A stretch of DNA of 60,087 bases, the filler included, from Platydemus manokwari (Eukaryota): assembly GCA_037951405.1 (NCBI GenBank). It is 6 parts of 6 records of this genome, joined end to end, with 100 filler letters (N's around TTAATTAATTAA, not from the genome) between each part and the next. Parts side by side here need not be neighbours in the genome. Positions count along the whole stretch, not along the records: positions 49,686 to 60,087 come from JBBMOY011136661.1; 5 more parts are not named here. One strand, 5' to 3'. A program made the position numbers and the translations under genes. The notes beneath the pieces are model-generated. The model saw nothing but the letters and a program-made list of their open reading frames with translations. It was not told the origin of the DNA and searched no databases. Of this stretch, positions 55,954 through 60,087 are shown in pieces; position 1 is the stretch's first letter, and each line of letters opens with the position of its first letter.

Positions 55954-57241
55954 ATTAATTATTTCTAATTAAAGAAAATATAAATAAATTGAGCGCTAGG
56001 CAAAAGAATGTAAGCCAAGTAAAATTTAACTCTTATGAACAACTAAATATAGTTATAAGACATTATAGAATTGAAAAGGAAAAATTTTGTGAATTAGATG
56101 CAGTAATTTAGTATGAACAAGTGGCAAATAATAGAAACTACTCATATAAAATTAGTATTAAAAGTATAGCATTTCAGTGTAGCATAACCGTAATATTTAA
56201 ATGTAATAAACTTTTAGAGATTTTAACGAGAATATTACCGTAGAAGTTACCAGTGAATTAGAGTCGATTTTTGTTGTTTTTACTTTCTTTGCATTATAAC
56301 GATAATTGCGTAATCTCGTGACGTAATATTCTATTAAATTTAAAACATTTATTTAAATTAATATCGATGGTTTACCACTTAGAATTTTCCAATATGTCTC
56401 ATGCAGATACTTCCTGATTATTTGCTTGAACCATGTACCACTCTAATTAGCAAAATCTTATTGTTGTTTTATTTGTTTAAATTCCATTCATCCTAAATCA
56501 ATGTTTATTGGCAAAATACTGTCTCATGATATCTTGATCAGAGATATATCAAGACATAAATATATTTATTTCGGTTTAGTAAAGTTACAATCAGCCTGAT
56601 TGCAACAGAACTGAATCTACATGCAACAATCATCCCGAATTAAATAAACAAATTTTGGATATTTCAGGTTATTATTCCGGTAAAATCGCCTTCATATGTT
56701 TTACTGAAGTCTTTTAGCACCAAAAAGAACTAAAATAAAGCTTTCCAACTCAAACATTGTTTAATTAATTTAACCCCAATTATACTTTTGATATGTTACG
56801 GTTTGGATTATGGAACGGCAAAGACCACTAATATTAAATCTAGGCTTTCATTCGTCTTAAAATTTTCTTTTCTCTCAATTAATAATTTAATCTTAATTTT
56901 TTCACTCCTTTGCTACAAGTATTTCGATAGCCTTTTTAATTTTTATAATTATCATTCTTAACGTATTTTCTCTAAAAATTTAAACACAATATTTACACAA
57001 ACTTGATTTTTAGAAAAACAACATCAAAATGGTATTCTGTTATAATCACAAAAAATTAAAATTTTGAAATCATGGAATATAAAAGTTAATAAAAAGTTTT
57101 ACAATTATAAATGACTCGTTATGATAATATATGAACAATTATGAGAACAATAAAAGATTGTGTACTAAAATTAGAAAGCACCAAAACAATCAATGATGAA
57201 AAATTTATTCTAAGAAATTGATGCTAACACATTTATTGGAA

Positions 57242-60087
57242 TTATTTGGAACTTGAAGGCCCATATGATGGTGTTGTTGGAGTGAATGATGGAGAAGTGG
57301 GAGAATAATTTAGTGATGTATTATCAGTTGCAGTAGACTGAGGACTGTATGGACCCAATGAATGATTATTTGTTACAGAATATGCAGGAGAAGCTCCGGA
57401 AGAATACCTCGGAGACATTGGGGAATAATTGGGTGAACTGGGGGAATATCTCGGAGAACTTGGAGAATAGTTTGGTGAACTTGGAGAATAATTGGGTGAC
57501 GAACGTAAAGATGGAGAATTTGGAGAGTAATTTGGTGAGCTTGGAGAATAACCCCGACTTAACGGAGATGCGTTAGAAGAATAATTTGGTGAATTAGGTG
57601 AATAGCCAACAGAGTTTGCATTATACGAAAGATTCGGGGAATATATGTTTTGCGAATTTGTCATTCCTGGAGAATTAGGTGTATATCTTGGGGATGTTGG
57701 CGTGTAAGATTTTTGTGAATGGTTTAATGTTGAAGGGCTATAACAAGGAGACGATGAATGGAATGTTGGTGTATTAGGATTATAAGCTGGAGAGGTTGGT
57801 GAATAATTTGGGCTTGAGGGGCTATACGATGGAGATGTTGGTGAAAAAGCAGGGCTCATTCGAGAATAACCTGGACTGGTTGGTGAGTAACTTGGACTTG
57901 TGGGGGAGTAACCAGGGCTTGTAGGTGAGTAACTGGGGCTAGTTGGTGAATACCCAGGGCTTTTAGGAGAGTAACTGGGACTCGTAGGAGAGTATCCAGG
58001 ACTTGTTGGTGAATAGCTTGGACTAGTAGGAGAATATCCAGGACTTGTAGGAGAGTAACCAGGACTGGTTGGTGAGTAACTTGGACTTGTTGGTGAATAA
58101 CCTGGACTTGTTGGTGAGTAGCCAGGACTTGTCCCAGCATAACCGGGGCTAGTAGGCGAGTAGCTAGGACTTGTTGGAGAATAGCCTTGACTTGCAGCCC
58201 CACGAGGTGGTGAAGATGATGAAAATCCTGGACTTGCTGGACTGTATCCTGGACTGGATGCTGGAGAATAACCAGGGCTTGCAAGAGTCGGGCTTAGTGG
58301 ATTCATTCTGGGTGATTGTAAACCAAAATGATAGTCATTAGGAGTTTTTGGACTGAGCATTGGGCTAAATCCAATTGCAGGACTCGGTGACATACCCATT
58401 TCAGAAAATGCACTAGGTGAAAATGCTGCAGAAAAGTTACTAGAGCCTGGGGAGAAGCTGAATGGTGATGGACTCCACTGTGATAATTGCGGAGAGAATG
58501 CATTCATTGGCGTAGCTCCGCCTACCATGTACAAATTTTGAGCTACACCACTCATCATGGGCAAACTTTGGGCTTCGTTACATTTTCCGAAGTCCATTAA
58601 AATATCGAAACACCCAGTTCCCATTCTCGCCAATTGGCCTAACATAATTGATTCAGAAACACCTTTTACCGGATCGTTCTCTGCATGGATTCCAGCTTCC
58701 ATTAAAATATCAACCGTCTCTTCAAATGAAGAACGAGCAAGAACCCCAGTTTCCTGTCTGTTTATACCATGTCTATCAATTGACATCAAGAATCCTTTAT
58801 TAGTCATTATTTCACACAATAAAGCCAGATGTCGATAATTTACATATGAACCGTCGAATGAAATGACTGTTACCATCTCAGTTTCAATGGCTTTCCGAGC
58901 TGCTTCAATACCCAAAGTTTCAAAAATTTCAGTTATGTGATTACTAGTGGTGTTGACAGAATCCACATGTCTTTCACCTAATACTTTCAATAAGCATGTT
59001 CCATCGGTTTCTAAAATCCATTCGGAAATCTTTTCTAATTCACCTTCACTGTTAATAATGACTCGCTTTCTATCATCAGTTTTCGGATGTGAGAGATAGA
59101 CTTTAGAGATTTGAGGAATTCCTTGTAAACATATCTCATCTAGTATCAAATTTTCAACCGACTCTAAATATTTTCGATCTTCCAACTGGGCCGTATCTTC
59201 TTTTTTACCGTCATCTTTCTTTAACCTCCGTATTCTAAGAACTAAATTTAGTTTCTCATCAGGAATGTGGCAAATGATATCATTGTCGAAGTATTCAGTA
59301 ACTTTTTTAGCAATTTTTTGTAAGGTCAATTTTTTCACAATTATTTTCTTTCTGTTTAAAACAATTCTCAACACATATGGACTTATATTCTCAATGTCGA
59401 AATCAGGGAATTCGTAATATGTTCTTACCCATTCTCGATCATTTTCAATAACCGAATTCTCAGGATCAGGATCATAATATATTTCGGATTTCGAAGCGAG
59501 ACTTCTCAGCGTAGTGCGTTCTAAATTGGTGGCAATACTCTTTGCTTTTTCCACATCGTTAGCAGCATTTCCAATCAATCGAATTGTTAATGACGGAGTT
59601 TTAGGATTTTTACTGACATTGATGATTTCTTTCAATCTCGGTACACCGAGTGTTACGTTTTTGGCAGACATACCAGTAAAATGAGGCGCGTTCAATGTCC
59701 TCTGAGTAGCAGGTTCACCCAAACTTTGTGCAGCCAATGATCCAACCATTTCACCGGGATGAACAATGGCTTTATAAAAATTACTTTCAATCTCACCAAC
59801 AACCCAATCGAGTGCTTCAGTATTCAAACGGTAATCATCAATGACTTTTTTTGCACACAAATTGCTACGAATAAGACAGCAAAGCAACATTTTTGCATTT
59901 TCATTTGCGCATTTTCCAATGGGATCATCACCTTTTACAATAACTAGTTTGTCACACAATGCATTCACTTTCCTAACGATGTCATTTGGACGGATATCAG
60001 TTTTTTTTAAAAGATCAATTTTGAATATCTTTTGTGCATTCCAAACGAGCCTTTGAATATTGCAAGGTAATGCGACTCTTCCATCAC
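57242..60087 (-). CDS. RPB1: RNA polymerase II largest subunit (RPB1/POLR2A family), 5'-partial, single uninterrupted exon of at least 947 codons including the CTD; divergent trigger loop
   Basis: The frame is open from 60085 (DGRVALPCNIQRLVWNAQKIF) to TAA at 57242. Motifs: PGEMVGSLAAQSLGEPATQ, NVTLGVPRLKEIIN, EWILETDG, LGIEAAR, FDGSYVNYRHLALLC, RHGINR, SFEETV, GVSE, GQLA..GTG, then YSPTSPS heptads. Confidence 0.98.
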   Translation of the reverse strand, partial: DGRVALPCNIQRLVWNAQKIFKIDLLKKTDIRPNDIVRKVNALCDKLVIVKGDDPIGKCANENAKMLLCCLIRSNLCAKKVIDDYRLNTEALDWVVGEIESNFYKAIVHPGEMVGSLAAQSLGEPATQRTLNAPHFTGMSAKNVTLGVPRLKEIINVSKNPKTPSLTIRLIGNAANDVEKAKSIATNLERTTLRSLASKSEIYYDPDPENSVIENDREWVRTYYEFPDFDIENISPYVLRIVLNRKKIIVKKLTLQKIAKKVTEYFDNDIICHIPDEKLNLVLRIRRLKKDDGKKEDTAQLEDRKYLESVENLILDEICLQGIPQISKVYLSHPKTDDRKRVIINSEGELEKISEWILETDGTCLLKVLGERHVDSVNTTSNHITEIFETLGIEAARKAIETEMVTVISFDGSYVNYRHLALLCEIMTNKGFLMSIDRHGINRQETGVLARSSFEETVDILMEAGIHAENDPVKGVSESIMLGQLARMGTGCFDILMDFGKCNEAQSLPMMSGVAQNLYMVGGATPMNAFSPQLSQWSPSPFSFSPGSSNFSAAFSPSAFSEMGMSPSPAIGFSPMLSPKTPNDYHFGLQSPRMNPLSPTLASPGYSPASSPGYSPASPGFSSSSPPRGAASQGYSPTSPSYSPTSPGYAGTSPGYSPTSPGYSPTSPSYSPTSPGYSPTSPGYSPTSPSYSPTSPGYSPTSPSYSPKSPGYSPTSPSYSPTSPGYSPTSPSYSPTSPGYSRMSPAFSPTSPSYSPSSPNYSPTSPAYNPNTPTFHSSSPCYSPSTLNHSQKSYTPTSPRYTPNSPGMTNSQNIYSPNLSYNANSVGYSPNSPNYSSNASPLSRGYSPSSPNYSPNSPSLRSSPNYSPSSPNYSPSSPRYSPSSPNYSPMSPRYSSGASPAYSVTNNHSLGPYSPQSTATDNTSLNYSPTSPSFTPTTPSYGPSSSK
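57722..58183 (-). repeat. CTD core: 22 contiguous 21-bp heptad units within RPB1
   Basis: 6 exact YSPTSPS, 7 YSPTSPG, and variants; further scattered heptads continue to the C-terminus. Confidence 0.95.

Noticed and set aside
57722-58183. 21-bp periodic array as CRISPR-like or satellite DNA
   Set aside because: There are no spacers; it encodes the CTD heptads.
57349-58838. Extra ORFs overlapping RPB1 (57349..57576, 57856..58284, 58303..58503, 58557..58838)
   Set aside because: Shadow frames of the CTD repeat and coding sequence; no independent support.
59669-59704. RNA editing or an alternative genetic code restoring the canonical trigger loop
   Set aside because: It would need mixed G>U, G>A, C>U and A>G changes. 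The rest of this gene and the other genes translate correctly with the standard code, and TAA, TAG and TGA all serve as stops.
7940-60087. Apparent functional cluster of transcription/chromatin genes (BET, PP2C, Tudor-BAH, RPB1)
   Set aside because: Each gene lies on a different segment separated by artificial linkers, so physical linkage is unsupported.

Overview
Very AT-rich eukaryotic (animal-like) nuclear DNA. It has GT-AG introns of 40 nt to 6.3 kb, (AAT)n microsatellites and the standard code (genes end in TAA, TAG and TGA). The character fits a planarian/flatworm-type genome, but that is inference only. The window is six ~9-11 kb segments joined by identical artificial 100-bp linkers (N44-TTAATTAATTAA-N44), so gene neighbourhood across linkers cannot be trusted. 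Four host genes can be built by hand: (1) a BET double-bromodomain/ET gene (7940-10606, +); (2) a complete PP2C phosphatase of the MGQTLSEP type (29474-36902, +); (3) the 3' part of a TNRC18/BAHCC1-like tandem-Tudor+BAH gene (39032-45328, +); (4) the 3' ~950 codons of an RNA polymerase II largest subunit with CTD (57242 to the window end, -). The rest is mostly decayed transposon material: an R2/NeSL-type non-LTR element with a Ulp1-like protease, Ty3/gypsy, Penelope-like, mariner-like, pogo-like and hAT fragments, plus three repeat families with 2-3 copies each. The standout observation is the RPB1. It has an intact, intron-free reading frame and a bona fide CTD, but a remodelled catalytic trigger loop (QRTLNAPHFTG instead of the near-invariant QMTLNTFH[F/Y]AG) and a switch-1 change (IDRHG for [I/V]TRHG). 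This makes it a candidate specialised Pol II paralog in an animal.
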